The notes: generated from the letters alone by a model not told the origin. 64,000 nucleotides of DNA from Parcubacteria group bacterium GW2011_GWA2_42_14 (GCA_000998135.1 LCCV01000001.1:8958-72957); one strand, 5' to 3'. Counted from the first letter of the stretch, positions 37,864 to 48,584 are shown. A program made the numbers and translations.

Positions 37864-38997
37864 TTAGGGTTTTTTGGGTTTAAATAGATTAGGAGCGTAT
37901 CGCGCGGAGGGGTGCCACACAATCCATGAATCCATGCCGAGATCGTTTAAAGGACGTATCTGCTCGCGAAACCTCTTGGGATCTTTTTCATATTCCACAA
38001 TCGCGCCCTTTTTTCCTTTAATGCCAATTGTTTTACCTTCTTTGTTTTTGCCGAGCCCGCACCCGTTTATGTTTGGGAGATTAAAGCCCTGAAGCCACAT
38101 GATAAATTCCGTGTTAGCAAAACCCTTCGCATTCAAATACGCGCGTGCCTTCATAGTCGTTTTTCTATAAATAACATAGGGAACATAACTCGGGTCAGGA
38201 GCTTCATCATTACACGAATAGTGGGTGGGATAAGCCATACAGGAAATAATAAAGCCGTATAACGCGAAATCATCAAGATATTGCCCGACGCCCGGCTCAA
38301 AGCCGTAACATGCATAACCGAAAACCGATGCCGCAAGCGGTACATCAGGATACTCTTTACGAATCCCCGTAACCATCCTTCCGAGAAACAAATTCATTAC
38401 GCGCCGCTTCTCAACATTGCGTTCGTGTGAGGGATCGCCTGCGCGTTTTTTGGGGGCCGGAGGATATTTCGTATCCCGCGTATTACCGTCGCGCGGAGAA
38501 GGAAGCCGGATATAGTCAAAATTCAGAGAATCACAGCCGTCGCGGATTGCGCGAAGCGACACCTCAATAATATAGTCCGATGTTCCTTCAAGCGCCGGAT
38601 CAAGATATTTGCTTCCGCGCCTATCGGTCCATGCGCGTCCCTGCCTCGACATGCTTTTGAGCGTCAAACCCGCACCGTTCTGGCTTTTCGCGTAAACATT
38701 ATCTTTAAGGGCCACAATCCGGCACATAATGCCAGCACCGCTTGCCCGAAATGGAGCAATAAGTTTCTTAAAATAATCCCTTGACACTTCAATTCCGTTA
38801 TCATCTTTTTTATCAATAACTATTGTATTGATTTCGGTTTTTTTGAGAAGCTCAACAAGATTCGCGATCCGGCCACTATCGCCGAATTTATTTGACCCGT
38901 AATACACTCCCCTTACCGGTTCATTCGCCAAAGCGGCTGCCCCGCCGAATAATGTTATGAACGCGGCGGCAACAACAGCCGAGATTTTCACCTTCAT
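37864..38997 (-). CDS. putative secreted glycoside hydrolase (DUF4015-like)
   Basis: signal peptide; NTIVIDKKDD-G, RIVALKD, NFDYIR-P, GQY, MAYPTHY, WLQGF. Confidence 0.8.
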   Translation of the reverse strand: MKVKISAVVAAAFITLFGGAAALANEPVRGVYYGSNKFGDSGRIANLVELLKKTEINTIVIDKKDDNGIEVSRDYFKKLIAPFRASGAGIMCRIVALKDNVYAKSQNGAGLTLKSMSRQGRAWTDRRGSKYLDPALEGTSDYIIEVSLRAIRDGCDSLNFDYIRLPSPRDGNTRDTKYPPAPKKRAGDPSHERNVEKRRVMNLFLGRMVTGIRKEYPDVPLAASVFGYACYGFEPGVGQYLDDFALYGFIISCMAYPTHYSCNDEAPDPSYVPYVIYRKTTMKARAYLNAKGFANTEFIMWLQGFNLPNINGCGLGKNKEGKTIGIKGKKGAIVEYEKDPKRFREQIRPLNDLGMDSWIVWHPSARYAPNLFKPKKP

Positions 38998-39157
38998 AAG
39001 CCGTGCGCCTCCTTCGAGGTATAAGATGTCTTTTTCAAAAAGCAAAATACTTATTAATATAGTAAACATTTAAGGATACTTTTCAAGTGCGAAAAAATTA
39101 AGGGGCCGGAAAACCCCCATCAAAAAATAAATATCGGCATTTCTTCATTTTTTTAAA

Positions 39158-39331
39158 GAGCTTAGTGAATAATGCATAAAATCGTTACTTTTCGATCGGC
39201 CACCGAAAGCGGCGAGTCGATAGTTCGATAAACTCACCACAGGGAAATACACATAAAACGTAAACTTTTCGACTTCGCTTTGCCTCGCTCGAAGAATAAA
39301 ATGCGGCAAAATTCAATTATTCACCAAACTC
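39158..39331. mobile_element. possible MITE with imperfect 16-bp inverted ends
   Basis: GAGCTTAGTGAATAAT...ATTATTCACCAAACTC enclosing REP-like units. Confidence 0.4.
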
Positions 39332-39423
39332 CGGACGCTAAATTGACATCCTCCAAAAAATATGCAATAATAGAAAACTATCGGCTCATCCGGGCCGTAT
39401 TTGTTTGAAGATATAAATATGAA

Positions 39424-39536
39424 TCCAGTTAGAGGCCGCGGTCGCAGGCTATTCTTACGGGAACTTAAATAGTTTTAACAAAAATCATGGTATAAAAGAC
39501 AGGCTCCGCGTCTGACCGCGACCTGCCTCTAACGGG
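39424..39536. mobile_element. MITE-like element inserted at typA start
   Basis: CCAGTTAGAGG...CCTCTAACGGG ends; direct repeat ATGAA at 39419-39423 and 39537-39541. Confidence 0.7.
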
Positions 39537-41354
39537 ATGAACATCAGAAACGTCGCAATTATCGCCCATGTTGACCACGGCAAAACTACTCTTGTCGATT
39601 CTTTGCTTAGGCAGTCAAAAACAAAGCTTTCCAAGGAAAACGCGGAACGCGAATTCATTATGGATTCAAACGAACTGGAACGGGAACGCGGCATTACCAT
39701 ATTTTCAAAAAATGCTTCCGTGGAATGGCGGGGAACAAAAATAAATATTATTGACACGCCGGGACACGCGGACTTCGGAGGCGAGGTTGAACGGGTGCTT
39801 TCCATGGCCGACGGATGCCTCCTTTTGGTGGATGCCAAAGAAGGGCCCATGCCGCAAACCCGATTCGTTTTAAAACAAGCGCTTGCTAAAAAACACCGCA
39901 TCATTGTGGTAATCAATAAAATAGACAGGCCCGATGCCCGTCCCGATTTTGTTTTGAACAAAACATTTGACCTTTTCGTGGAACTCGGCGCGAGCGACGC
40001 TATTGCCGATTTTCCGGTTATTTACGCCTCGGCCAAACAAGGAAAAGCGGGCCAGTCCCCCATTTTGAATTCCATGACCGATATTTCTCCGATATTTGAG
40101 GCCATCCTTGAATATATTCCCGCTCCGGAAGCAAATGAATCAGCTCCGCTTCAAATGCTTATCACCACAATCAGCGGAGATGTTTTCAAGGGCAGAATCG
40201 CGACCGGCAGAATCGCTAACGGCATTCTTAAAGCAAACCAGGATGTCGTGCATATTTCGCGCTCGGGCGTTATGAAAAAATACCGCCCGCCTTCGGTCAT
40301 GACATTCACGGGACTGGAGCGGATTGACGCCAAAGAAGTAAGGGCAGGAGATATTGCGGCAATTTCCGGAATTCCCGATATCACCATCGGCGAAACAATT
40401 GCCGACCCCGATAATCCTTCGGCCCTGCCCCTTTTAAAAATTGAAGAGCCGACGGTCAAAATGAATTTCAGCGTAAACGATTCTCCGTTTTGCGGAAAAG
40501 AGGGGGAATTCAGCACTTCCCGCCAAATACGCGAAAGATTGTATCGAGAATTGGAAATAGACACGGCGCTTTTGGTTGAAGACGCTCCAAATGGAAACTG
40601 GATTGTATCGGGCAGAGGAGAACTGCACCTGGCAATTTTAATAGAACGGATGCGAAGAGAAGGATATGAATTTCAGGTATCGCGCCCGCGAGTTATTACC
40701 AAAGAAACTGACGGAAAAATAATGACTCCATACGAACAGGCCTTCATTGAAGTACCGGAAGCGTATAACGGAATCATCATCCAAAAACTCGGGGCAAGGC
40801 ACGGAGAAATTCAGGACATGAGAAGCGAAGAAGGAATAACGTTCCTTGAATTTTTGATTCCTACACAAGGGCTTTTGGGATACCGCTCTGAATTTCTGAC
40901 CGATACCAAGGGTCTCGGAATTTTAAATACGATATTTTACGGATACAAAGAAGACCCGGGCGGATGGAAAGAACGAAACCAAGGGTCTCTAGTGGCGCAC
41001 GAAACAGGAGTTACCAACATGTACGGCCTCATAAACGTGCAGGACCGCGGAGTACTTTTTCTGGGGCCGGCGATAAATGTATATAAAGGACAGGTAGTGG
41101 GACAAAACTCCAGAAGCAATGATTTAAGCGTGAATGTGTGCAAAACAAAAGAACTTTCCAATATGCGTTCAAGAAATGACGCGGCCGCGGAACACTTCAA
41201 CACTCCCCGCGACATGGACCTTGAAGACGCGCTTGAATACATCGGGGACGACGAGCTGGTAGAAGTTACGCCCAAAACCGTTCGCATAAGAAAAATGGTT
41301 CTTGATGAAGCCGATGAAAAAAGAAAAAAAGCATTGGGGTTAATCTCACGTTAA
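39537..41354 (+). CDS. typA: translational GTPase TypA/BipA
   Basis: AHVDHGKTT, DTPGHADFGGEVER, NKID, GRGELHL, DELVEVTP. Confidence 0.96.
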   Translation: MNIRNVAIIAHVDHGKTTLVDSLLRQSKTKLSKENAEREFIMDSNELERERGITIFSKNASVEWRGTKINIIDTPGHADFGGEVERVLSMADGCLLLVDAKEGPMPQTRFVLKQALAKKHRIIVVINKIDRPDARPDFVLNKTFDLFVELGASDAIADFPVIYASAKQGKAGQSPILNSMTDISPIFEAILEYIPAPEANESAPLQMLITTISGDVFKGRIATGRIANGILKANQDVVHISRSGVMKKYRPPSVMTFTGLERIDAKEVRAGDIAAISGIPDITIGETIADPDNPSALPLLKIEEPTVKMNFSVNDSPFCGKEGEFSTSRQIRERLYRELEIDTALLVEDAPNGNWIVSGRGELHLAILIERMRREGYEFQVSRPRVITKETDGKIMTPYEQAFIEVPEAYNGIIIQKLGARHGEIQDMRSEEGITFLEFLIPTQGLLGYRSEFLTDTKGLGILNTIFYGYKEDPGGWKERNQGSLVAHETGVTNMYGLINVQDRGVLFLGPAINVYKGQVVGQNSRSNDLSVNVCKTKELSNMRSRNDAAAEHFNTPRDMDLEDALEYIGDDELVEVTPKTVRIRKMVLDEADEKRKKALGLISR

Positions 41355-41494
41355 TAAAACAAAGGGGCTTGTCTGAATCGGAATTTTGGAAAAAATGGCT
41401 GGAATAGAAAACTTTAACAAAACGCCCCCTTGACATTAAAAATAAATCCTATACACTTGAACTTACAATAGTTCTTTGCTCCTATAAAAGGAAA

Positions 41495-41719
41495 ATGGGC
41501 GCCATGGAAGCAAGGTGGCACTTCCACCCGGAAACCGGACTTGAGGTTTTTGGAACTCTCATTGAAAAAGGAACTCGGCTCGAAAAAGATGATGTATATG
41601 ATTCCACCAGCGGCAAATGGGAAAAATGCCCTTGTCCGGGAGCCGTCCTGCAAACATCAGAACCGAATGTTATTTGGATAAGGCCATGTTCTCCACGAAA
41701 ACCCGAGCAAGCCAATTAA
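41495..41719 (+). CDS. small hypothetical protein
   Basis: promoter-like TTGACA(41430)..TACACT(41452), SD, terminator ~41744-41775. Confidence 0.6.
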   Translation: MGAMEARWHFHPETGLEVFGTLIEKGTRLEKDDVYDSTSGKWEKCPCPGAVLQTSEPNVIWIRPCSPRKPEQAN

Positions 41720-41942
41720 TTTTTCATTTAGTTTTCTATAATACCCGCCAAAACACCGGCGGGTTTTTCTTTTTATAAAAACTGTCTTTGTTTTGTTTCA
41801 ATGTATTAATACATTGAAACAAAACAAAAAACCTGACAAAGATTCAAAATAGTTTTTGTATCAATATACTGATACACTGATACAAAGAAAAAATATAAAG
41901 AACTGCTTTTTTTAACATGCATTTTAATGTAAATTATAAATA

Positions 41943-43088
41943 ATGGGCATTTTAAAAAACATTTTAATACCGGCTTCGGCTATTTTTGTTTTGGGCGTTT
42001 TATTGGTTATGAATTTACTGAAACCCTCACCGAACATATCTTCCTTGTCCGAAACTCATAATATAACAAAAATTCTACAAGAAGAAACAAAGCAAACGCC
42101 AATTTTCGGTTCTGATACCGCGCCAACTCCGCAGAAACCGCTATCAACAACAAAACCTTATCCCCTGCCGCAACCCACGCCTCCAAAAACTTCAAAAATT
42201 AAAACACCGCAAGCCATTATTGCTCCAAAACCAACACCGCCGGCGTCAATACCATCGGCCATATTGCCGTTACCATTGGAAATTTCTGCTCTTATACCAA
42301 CAATAGTTGAAATGCCATCTGCGCCAACACCAGCACCACCAACAATTACTCCGGTAAACGAAGATGATTTAATGAGTTCAATAGTAAGAATCCGCTGCGG
42401 AAACATTTTTGGCTCCGGTTTTTCCGTAAACCCCAAAGGCCTTGTGCTTAGCGTAGCCCATGTGGTAATTGAAGCTATTGAGAAGGGCGGGGAAACCTGC
42501 GATATTATTTTTCCGGCAAAACACCCGAGTTTCGGATTTTATTCCGAGGCCCATTATAGAAAAGGGGCAATACTCTTGCCCCATGAAACAAAAAAACTTT
42601 ATAAAGAACAAGCGCTTGATGTGGCATTGCTTCAAACATCCTTTCTTGAAAATGACCCTGTTTTTCCGCAATCCTTTCCTTATATAAATTATCCTTTTTG
42701 CGAACCAGATACATTGGGAGACAAAATTCTTCTTTTTGGTTATGCGGCTAATTTGGGAACAAGCGCCATATCCCCCGGCTCAATATTGTCGCGCTTCAAA
42801 GGAGAAGTTCTGCAATACGAAGACATAACCGGAGTAAAACCGGATTATTTTCCGGAATCCGCAGGCACGCTGGATGATTCAATACAGCACCCTATAACCA
42901 TAATTTTCAGCAATAATAATTTTTCCGGAGCATCCGGAGGCCTTGTTTTCAACATTTCAAAAAATTGCATCGTCGGGGCGAATAGCGCCGTAGGAATTGT
43001 TTCCGGAGACCCGAAAGTATACGGCTTTATATTTAATTTCAATTTTCCTCAAGTAAAAAATTGGATTGGGCCGTTTCTCAATCAGTAA
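41943..43088 (+). CDS. membrane-anchored trypsin-like serine protease with Pro-rich linker
   Basis: GSGF, SVAHV, DVALL, SGASGG catalytic triad motifs. Confidence 0.8.
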   Translation: MGILKNILIPASAIFVLGVLLVMNLLKPSPNISSLSETHNITKILQEETKQTPIFGSDTAPTPQKPLSTTKPYPLPQPTPPKTSKIKTPQAIIAPKPTPPASIPSAILPLPLEISALIPTIVEMPSAPTPAPPTITPVNEDDLMSSIVRIRCGNIFGSGFSVNPKGLVLSVAHVVIEAIEKGGETCDIIFPAKHPSFGFYSEAHYRKGAILLPHETKKLYKEQALDVALLQTSFLENDPVFPQSFPYINYPFCEPDTLGDKILLFGYAANLGTSAISPGSILSRFKGEVLQYEDITGVKPDYFPESAGTLDDSIQHPITIIFSNNNFSGASGGLVFNISKNCIVGANSAVGIVSGDPKVYGFIFNFNFPQVKNWIGPFLNQ

Positions 43089-43191
43089 ATTCAAAAAGCT
43101 AAACCCTACCCGTCTCTTTAAATTTAATTGCTTTCTATCAAATACCTGCTAATATCGAAAACAGTAGCTTTCCAACAGAATTATATCGGTC

Positions 43192-43785
43192 ATGACCGAA
43201 ATCCGCTACGCCACCACTAATCAGGCCAAGGTTTTGTCGCTCAAGCGAAGAATCGAAAAATACGCTATAAAAATAATCCAGATTCCCCTAAAAATGCCCG
43301 AACCGCGCTCGTACGACGTAGAAGAAATCGCCAAGGCCAAAATAGAATTTGCCTACAAGCAAATCAGAAAACCTGTGGTGGTGCTTGATGCAGGATTTTA
43401 TATTCCTTCATTAAACGGGTTTCCGAGAGCATTTGTTAATTTCGCGCTTGATACGATAGACATAGAGGGAATTTTGAAACTTGTTGAAAACAAGCCGCGC
43501 TCCTGCGAATTTGTGGAATGCCTTGCCTATCACGACGCTTCGCTAAGCGAACCGAAATTATTCACTGCCAAAATCAAGGGCGAGCTTTCCGATTCTCCGG
43601 CCGGAACAATACAACCGCATCAATGGTCAAAATTAAGTCTAATATTCATTCCCCTGGGCCACGACAAAACGCTTGCCGAAATGTCCAAAGAAGAATATCT
43701 CAACTGGTCAGACGTAACCCTTAAAGAATCGGCATCAAAAATGTTCATTGATTGGTTTATAAAATCTGGAAATTATTCCGGTTAA
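43192..43785 (+). CDS. Ham1/ITPase-family NTP pyrophosphatase
   Basis: ATTN-AK, IAKAK, D-GFYIPSLNGFP, KTLAEM; lacks the terminal SHR motif. Confidence 0.8.
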   Translation: MTEIRYATTNQAKVLSLKRRIEKYAIKIIQIPLKMPEPRSYDVEEIAKAKIEFAYKQIRKPVVVLDAGFYIPSLNGFPRAFVNFALDTIDIEGILKLVENKPRSCEFVECLAYHDASLSEPKLFTAKIKGELSDSPAGTIQPHQWSKLSLIFIPLGHDKTLAEMSKEEYLNWSDVTLKESASKMFIDWFIKSGNYSG

Positions 43786-43943
43786 TTAATATTGCCCGTC
43801 GTAAAAAAGACGGGCTTTTGAATCTTTTTAATTTGACTTTCAAACGAATATAAGTTAATTTTACTGTATTACGTAAAAATTAAATTAAAAGGATTAGCGT
43901 CTGAATCAGCGGTAATTAACGCCAATCAGCGCCTAATCCGCAT

Positions 43944-44477
43944 ATTTTTATACAAAAACGGTATCGCACAAATCAATATATAAGAATATCGCCCGTTCAG
44001 GTAATTGATGAAAGCGGAAAAAATCTCGGTGTCATGGACACTTACGAGGCCTTGCGCATTGCGCAGGAACGAGGCCTTGACTTGATTGAAATTGCCCCGA
44101 CCGTAAGACCGCCGGTTTGCAAAATCATGGATTTCGGCAAATTCAAATATCAGCGCGAGAAAGGAGAACGGGAGCACGGAAAAAAACAAAAAGAAACGGA
44201 AATAAAATCGCTCCGCATCGGATTTACCACGGGCAAACACGATCTGGAATTAAGGGCGAAACAGGCTGAAAAATTTTTAGCAGAAGGCGATAAGGTAAAA
44301 ATAGACATGATCCTTCGCGGCAGAGAAAAATCACTCAGGGACTTTGCCCAGAAAAAATTCGGTCAGTTCCTGGAAATGATTCCTGAAAAAGAATTAGAAC
44401 AAGCATTAAAAAGAACGCCTCAGGGATTTATTGCGATAATAAAACCACAAATAAAAACACGAATTTCTCACGAATAA
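43944..44477 (+). CDS. infC: translation initiation factor IF-3 (non-canonical ATT/ATA start)
   Basis: conserved frame N-YIR---V-VIDE-G-NLG upstream of ATG 44034; PPVCKIMDFGKFKY; in-frame ATT 43944 and ATA 43950. Confidence 0.92.
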   Translation: MFIQKRYRTNQYIRISPVQVIDESGKNLGVMDTYEALRIAQERGLDLIEIAPTVRPPVCKIMDFGKFKYQREKGEREHGKKQKETEIKSLRIGFTTGKHDLELRAKQAEKFLAEGDKVKIDMILRGREKSLRDFAQKKFGQFLEMIPEKELEQALKRTPQGFIAIIKPQIKTRISHE

Positions 44478-44526
44478 CACAAAAGCTTTAATTCGTAAGA
44501 TTCGCAAAAAAAATTGTGATTGATTG

Positions 44527-44715
44527 ATGGCCAAAGGCAAACCTAACAAATCCATTCTAAAGCGAATAAGGTTTTCCAAGGGAGGAAAAATTTCCAAACG
44601 GAAGGCCGGTTTGAATCATTTTAACGCCAAAGCGTCTAGATGCTCCCAGCACCGGAAAAACCAGCCCGCGACTTTTTCAAAAGCGTTTGAGAGAAAAATT
44701 AAACAGATGATATAA
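44527..44715 (+). CDS. rpmI: 50S ribosomal protein L35
   Basis: K-NKS--KR, GKI-KRKAG-NH; between infC and rplT. Confidence 0.85.
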   Translation: MAKGKPNKSILKRIRFSKGGKISKRKAGLNHFNAKASRCSQHRKNQPATFSKAFERKIKQMI

Positions 44716-44785
44716 CCGACAACCAACAGCCAACAACCAACAACACAAAAAGTTGTAAGTTGTAAGTTGTAAGTTGTAAGTTGTT

Positions 44786-45133
44786 TTGACACGAGTTAAA
44801 CGAGGAGTAATTGCCCACAAAAGAAGAGAAAAACTGCTGAAACACGCCAAGGGTTTCATGTGGGGCAGAAAATCAAAAGAACGGCTGGCAAGAGAAGCCC
44901 TGCTCCACGCTTGGTCCAATAAATTTGCCGGAAGAAAGCTTAAAAAAAGAGACATGCGGTCCTTATGGCAGATTAAAATAAACGCGGGCGTTCGCGAACA
45001 TGGCTTAAATTACAGCCGGTTTATCCATAAATTAAAAACAAAGAATATTCAGCTTGATAGAAAAATCCTGGCAGACTTAGCAGAAAACTATCCGGCTGTA
45101 TTCAAAAAAGTGGTTGAGGCCACAACAAAATAA
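44786..45133 (+). CDS. rplT: 50S ribosomal protein L20 (TTG start)
   Basis: TRVKRG, AKGF, RK-KKRD-RSLW, LDRKILA. Confidence 0.95.
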   Translation: MTRVKRGVIAHKRREKLLKHAKGFMWGRKSKERLAREALLHAWSNKFAGRKLKKRDMRSLWQIKINAGVREHGLNYSRFIHKLKTKNIQLDRKILADLAENYPAVFKKVVEATTK

Positions 45134-45304
45134 TTCATAAGTTCACCAAAAATCCGATATCTATACAGATATCGGATTTTGTTTTGGCTTATTTTAAAGA
45201 GTTTTTACGCTTTTTTACCTATCCTCATTGCCCGTGGCACTTCTTATATTTCTTAGCGTACCAGCATAAAATCCCATCCCCGCCAAAACAAATGGCGGTT
45301 TTTA

Positions 45305-46069
45305 TTATCCCTTTTTAAAAACTAAAGATACGATAAATAGTCCTACTCCCAGTAAAATAATTGCCGGGCCGGGAAGAAGGTGGAATGAAGAAGCAATAAA
45401 AAGTCCGCCCACAGCGATAACTCCGCCAAAAACCAAACTTAAAACTACATACCAGGTCATATTACGAGAAAAATTTTTGGCGACAGATGCGGGAATAATT
45501 GTTAAAGCGCCCATAAGAAGCGTGCCGACCAATTTGATGCCAAGGGCCACAGTAAAAGCAAAAATCAAAAGAAACAGCAAATTAATCCGAGGGCCCCATT
45601 TTTCGGCCTTAGCCAATTCGGGAGATATAATGTAAAAAATTATTTTTTGTGAAAATTTAAGCAAAAGAAAAGTCAGCAAAATGGCCGAGCCGATAAAAAA
45701 CCAAAACTCAATCACACTCAATCGCGGAAACTCGCCAAAAAGCGACTCAAGAATTTCCGTATCCGGAATCAATAAAATGCCAATGGCTAAGCTTGCTGTA
45801 AATAAAAGACCGATAACCGCGTCAGTCGGAAGTTTTGTTTTACCCTCAAGCCACCAAACAAGAACCGCGGCCGAAAGCAAAAAAACCAAAACGCCCCAAA
45901 ATGGGTCAATTGAATAAACCAAGGCCAGAGCAATACCAGGAAGCGCTACATGAGAAAGCGCGTCACCGACCAAAGCCATCCTTTTCAAAATTATAAAACT
46001 GCCCACAAAGCCCGAGGTTATTCCCACAATAAGCGCAATGATGTATGGTTGATAAAAATTAAAATCCAT
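45305..46069 (-). CDS. Zn/Mn ABC transporter permease (ZnuB-like)
   Basis: RMALVGDALSHVALPG, VGTLLMGAL-IIPA. Confidence 0.9.
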   Translation of the reverse strand: MDFNFYQPYIIALIVGITSGFVGSFIILKRMALVGDALSHVALPGIALALVYSIDPFWGVLVFLLSAAVLVWWLEGKTKLPTDAVIGLLFTASLAIGILLIPDTEILESLFGEFPRLSVIEFWFFIGSAILLTFLLLKFSQKIIFYIISPELAKAEKWGPRINLLFLLIFAFTVALGIKLVGTLLMGALTIIPASVAKNFSRNMTWYVVLSLVFGGVIAVGGLFIASSFHLLPGPAIILLGVGLFIVSLVFKKG

Positions 46070-46072
46070 TTT

Positions 46073-46789
46073 TTATTTAGGCAATTGATGCATATGAAGA
46101 TAAAATTTACCTTCCCCATATAACTTGGCAAGCTGTTCAGGGCTCAAAACCTCTCTTGGCTCACCCTGGCAAACCATTGATTTATTAACACAAAGCACCT
46201 TGGTTGCATATCGATAAATTACATTAAGATCGTGGGAAATAAGCAAAATGGTTGTTCTCCGTTCATCCTGCAATTTATGCATGACGCTATAAATGGTTTC
46301 CTCCGACCCGATGTCAATTCCGGCAGTCGGCTCGTCAAAAAGCAAAACATCGGGATGAGCCAAAAGCGACCAGGCAATAAGCACCCTTTGAAAAAGCCCC
46401 ACAGAAATCTCTCCCAATCTTTTTTTAAGAATATCCGCACCAATACCAACTAAAGACAACTCGTGGCTTAAATGCTCACGAAATTTTTTTTCGGGAAACC
46501 AAAAATTTTTGGATTTAAGCAAAAAAAATTCCTCTACGCTCAAAGGAAAACTCCGCTCCACATAAAGTTTTTGCGGAACATATCCGATTTTAATTCCCTC
46601 TTTCCATTGGATAGAGCCGGAAAAAGGCACCAGGCCGAGAAGCGCCCGAAATAAAACTGTCTTGCCGGCGCCATTCGGCCCGATAATAGCGAGGGCTTCC
46701 CCCCGACCCACTTCAAAAGAAAGCTCTTTTAAAAGCTCCTCGCCATCCAGGGTTACCGATAAATTTTTTACTTCTAAAATTTTATCCAT
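46073..46789 (-). CDS. Zn/Mn ABC transporter ATPase (ZnuC-like)
   Basis: GPNGAGKT, IGYVPQ, LLFDEPTAG, SHD; variant signature ISVGL. Confidence 0.9.
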   Translation of the reverse strand: MDKILEVKNLSVTLDGEELLKELSFEVGRGEALAIIGPNGAGKTVLFRALLGLVPFSGSIQWKEGIKIGYVPQKLYVERSFPLSVEEFFLLKSKNFWFPEKKFREHLSHELSLVGIGADILKKRLGEISVGLFQRVLIAWSLLAHPDVLLFDEPTAGIDIGSEETIYSVMHKLQDERRTTILLISHDLNVIYRYATKVLCVNKSMVCQGEPREVLSPEQLAKLYGEGKFYLHMHQLPK

Positions 46790-47073
46790 GAATATTTTTT
46801 CAAATTTACTCTTCTATTTTTTATCAAAACTCCTTCTTTTACTAAAAGACATATTTTCTTTTTTACTCCCCTGTTATAACCCCCGACAAAACCGTCTTTT
46901 CGTAGCACCCGATGACAGGGAATATCTTTGCTGTGATTTTTATTAAGAGTGTTGCCTACCGCACGAAACGAGCGCGGATTGCCTATGAAACAGGCAATAT
47001 CGGAATATGCCGCTACTCTGCCGCGCTTAATCTTTCTAACCGTATTATACACCTTTTTCTCGAATTCAGTCAT
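46774..47073 (-). CDS. MGMT family alkyltransferase
   Basis: G-V--Y, RAVG, IPCHRV. Confidence 0.9.
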   Translation of the reverse strand: MTEFEKKVYNTVRKIKRGRVAAYSDIACFIGNPRSFRAVGNTLNKNHSKDIPCHRVLRKDGFVGGYNRGVKKKICLLVKEGVLIKNRRVNLKKYSWIKF

Positions 47074-47199
47074 CTTTTAATAACCGTGGATTTACGCGTA
47101 GTTAATAAAATCCGGCTTCAATAGTTCTTTGATAGTTTTTTATTTTTATCCCTACTATACGCTTAAGCGTATAGTAGGGATATTTTAATTTTCTTTCAA

Positions 47200-47649
47200 T
47201 TATGAAGTTGCTAATAAATAATTTTTCAAAAATTTTTCTGCTTTCTCTGTCGCTTTTTTCATAGATGGTAACGTAATTCTTTTACGGGCACCCTTATACG
47301 CCAACCATTCATATTTATCATGTTCCCATGATAGTTTTACACGATTTGTCTTGGTTTCCCCCAAAAACATAGCCACAAATTTGGGAACCGGTTTTCCGTT
47401 CCTCCGGGTAAAATATCGCACGGTTGCCTTAAAATTCGGCATCAATTCAATTTTTTTAATACCTGTTTCCTCTTTTAATTCGCGCCGGGCCGCCTCAAGA
47501 CCCTTCTCTCCCTTGTCCAAAATCCCCTTGGAGAAATCCCAAAAATCGGGTTTGGGAATATGTTTTTGCGCCACGCGAATAACCAAATACTTCCTTCCTT
47601 GCGGGGTATTACGAAAAATTATTATTCCGGCTGAACGCTCGACTGGCAT
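47200..47649 (-). CDS. Nudix hydrolase (Ap4A hydrolase-like)
   Basis: SAG, WDFSKG----GE---EAARRELKEETG, LSWEH. Confidence 0.88.
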   Translation of the reverse strand: MPVERSAGIIIFRNTPQGRKYLVIRVAQKHIPKPDFWDFSKGILDKGEKGLEAARRELKEETGIKKIELMPNFKATVRYFTRRNGKPVPKFVAMFLGETKTNRVKLSWEHDKYEWLAYKGARKRITLPSMKKATEKAEKFLKNYLLATS

Positions 47650-47738
47650 AACTAATATAGTAACATTGATTTGAACAAAAACAAAAATGGGCCTAATGGC
47701 CCAAAACTTTTTAATTAATTTCCGTGTCTAATTCGTGA

Positions 47739-48362
47739 TTACTCCCGCGCTTCATCTTTCTTATGCTTCGCCGGGTTATAAAAAGTTACGTCTTTATAAT
47801 CGCCAACTTTATCCAACATCTTAAACGGCTGAGGCAAAAACTGATTACGGGCAATCGCGTGAAGACGCCAAAAACGTTTTTTGGATTCCTGTAAATGCTT
47901 GCGGGTTCGGCAAAGCCAGTTTTCAAAATTTGCGACATCTTCACAGAAAATAGAAGTAGGGACTGCTTCACCCGAAACAAAACCTCTCAAAATCTCTAAA
48001 AGTCTTTTCTCTTCAGAGCAGTTGTAAAAAAAACTTCTTGCCAACACCCCCAAACAATCATCAACTTTCCGCTGAAGCGCATCTCTTGCTTCCGGCGTTA
48101 CCGGCGGCAAAAATTTGAATTCTTTTCTGAATTTGCGAATCGCGTTAAACGGCTTAATAATAAATGTGCCCGCACCGACCACAAAAACGTAACCCAATAA
48201 AAAGACAGTAAAAGCAAAAAACACATCATTATTTGCGCGCGTGTCCTCAAACCAAAAAGATAAACCAAATAAACAAAAACTAATACCCATTATAAAAAAT
48301 AACACGCTAGCACCAATACGCTTAGGCGAACTCTGCCATAAAATCCTAAACGCTTCTCTCAT
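47739..48362 (-). CDS. membrane protein (two N-terminal TM helices)
   Basis: 207-aa ORF, strong SD GAAGGAGG. Confidence 0.7.
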   Translation of the reverse strand: MREAFRILWQSSPKRIGASVLFFIMGISFCLFGLSFWFEDTRANNDVFFAFTVFLLGYVFVVGAGTFIIKPFNAIRKFRKEFKFLPPVTPEARDALQRKVDDCLGVLARSFFYNCSEEKRLLEILRGFVSGEAVPTSIFCEDVANFENWLCRTRKHLQESKKRFWRLHAIARNQFLPQPFKMLDKVGDYKDVTFYNPAKHKKDEARE

Positions 48363-48377
48363 GAATCCCTCCTTCAG

Positions 48378-48584
48378 GAATCAGCCGTTCTTCGGCTGGT
48401 TTTTTTGCGGCATCGATGGTTCTTCCATCGCAAGGCCGGACTTTCGTCCATGGTGTTCTTATCACCGCCTCACACCGCTTTTAGCGAACCTCGCCGGTTG
48501 GCGAGCCGCTCGGCCTCTCGTTTTTTCGAGTCAGGCCGGTATGTAAAGGAGCTGACGATTGCGTTTCTTGGCCGCAACCGTCAG
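48378..48584 (-). ncRNA. structured leader or small RNA with repeated AAGAA loops
   Basis: TTGACA(48618-48613)-18-TATTGT promoter; seven stems; G.U pairs and a GAAA loop fit the minus strand. Confidence 0.6.
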
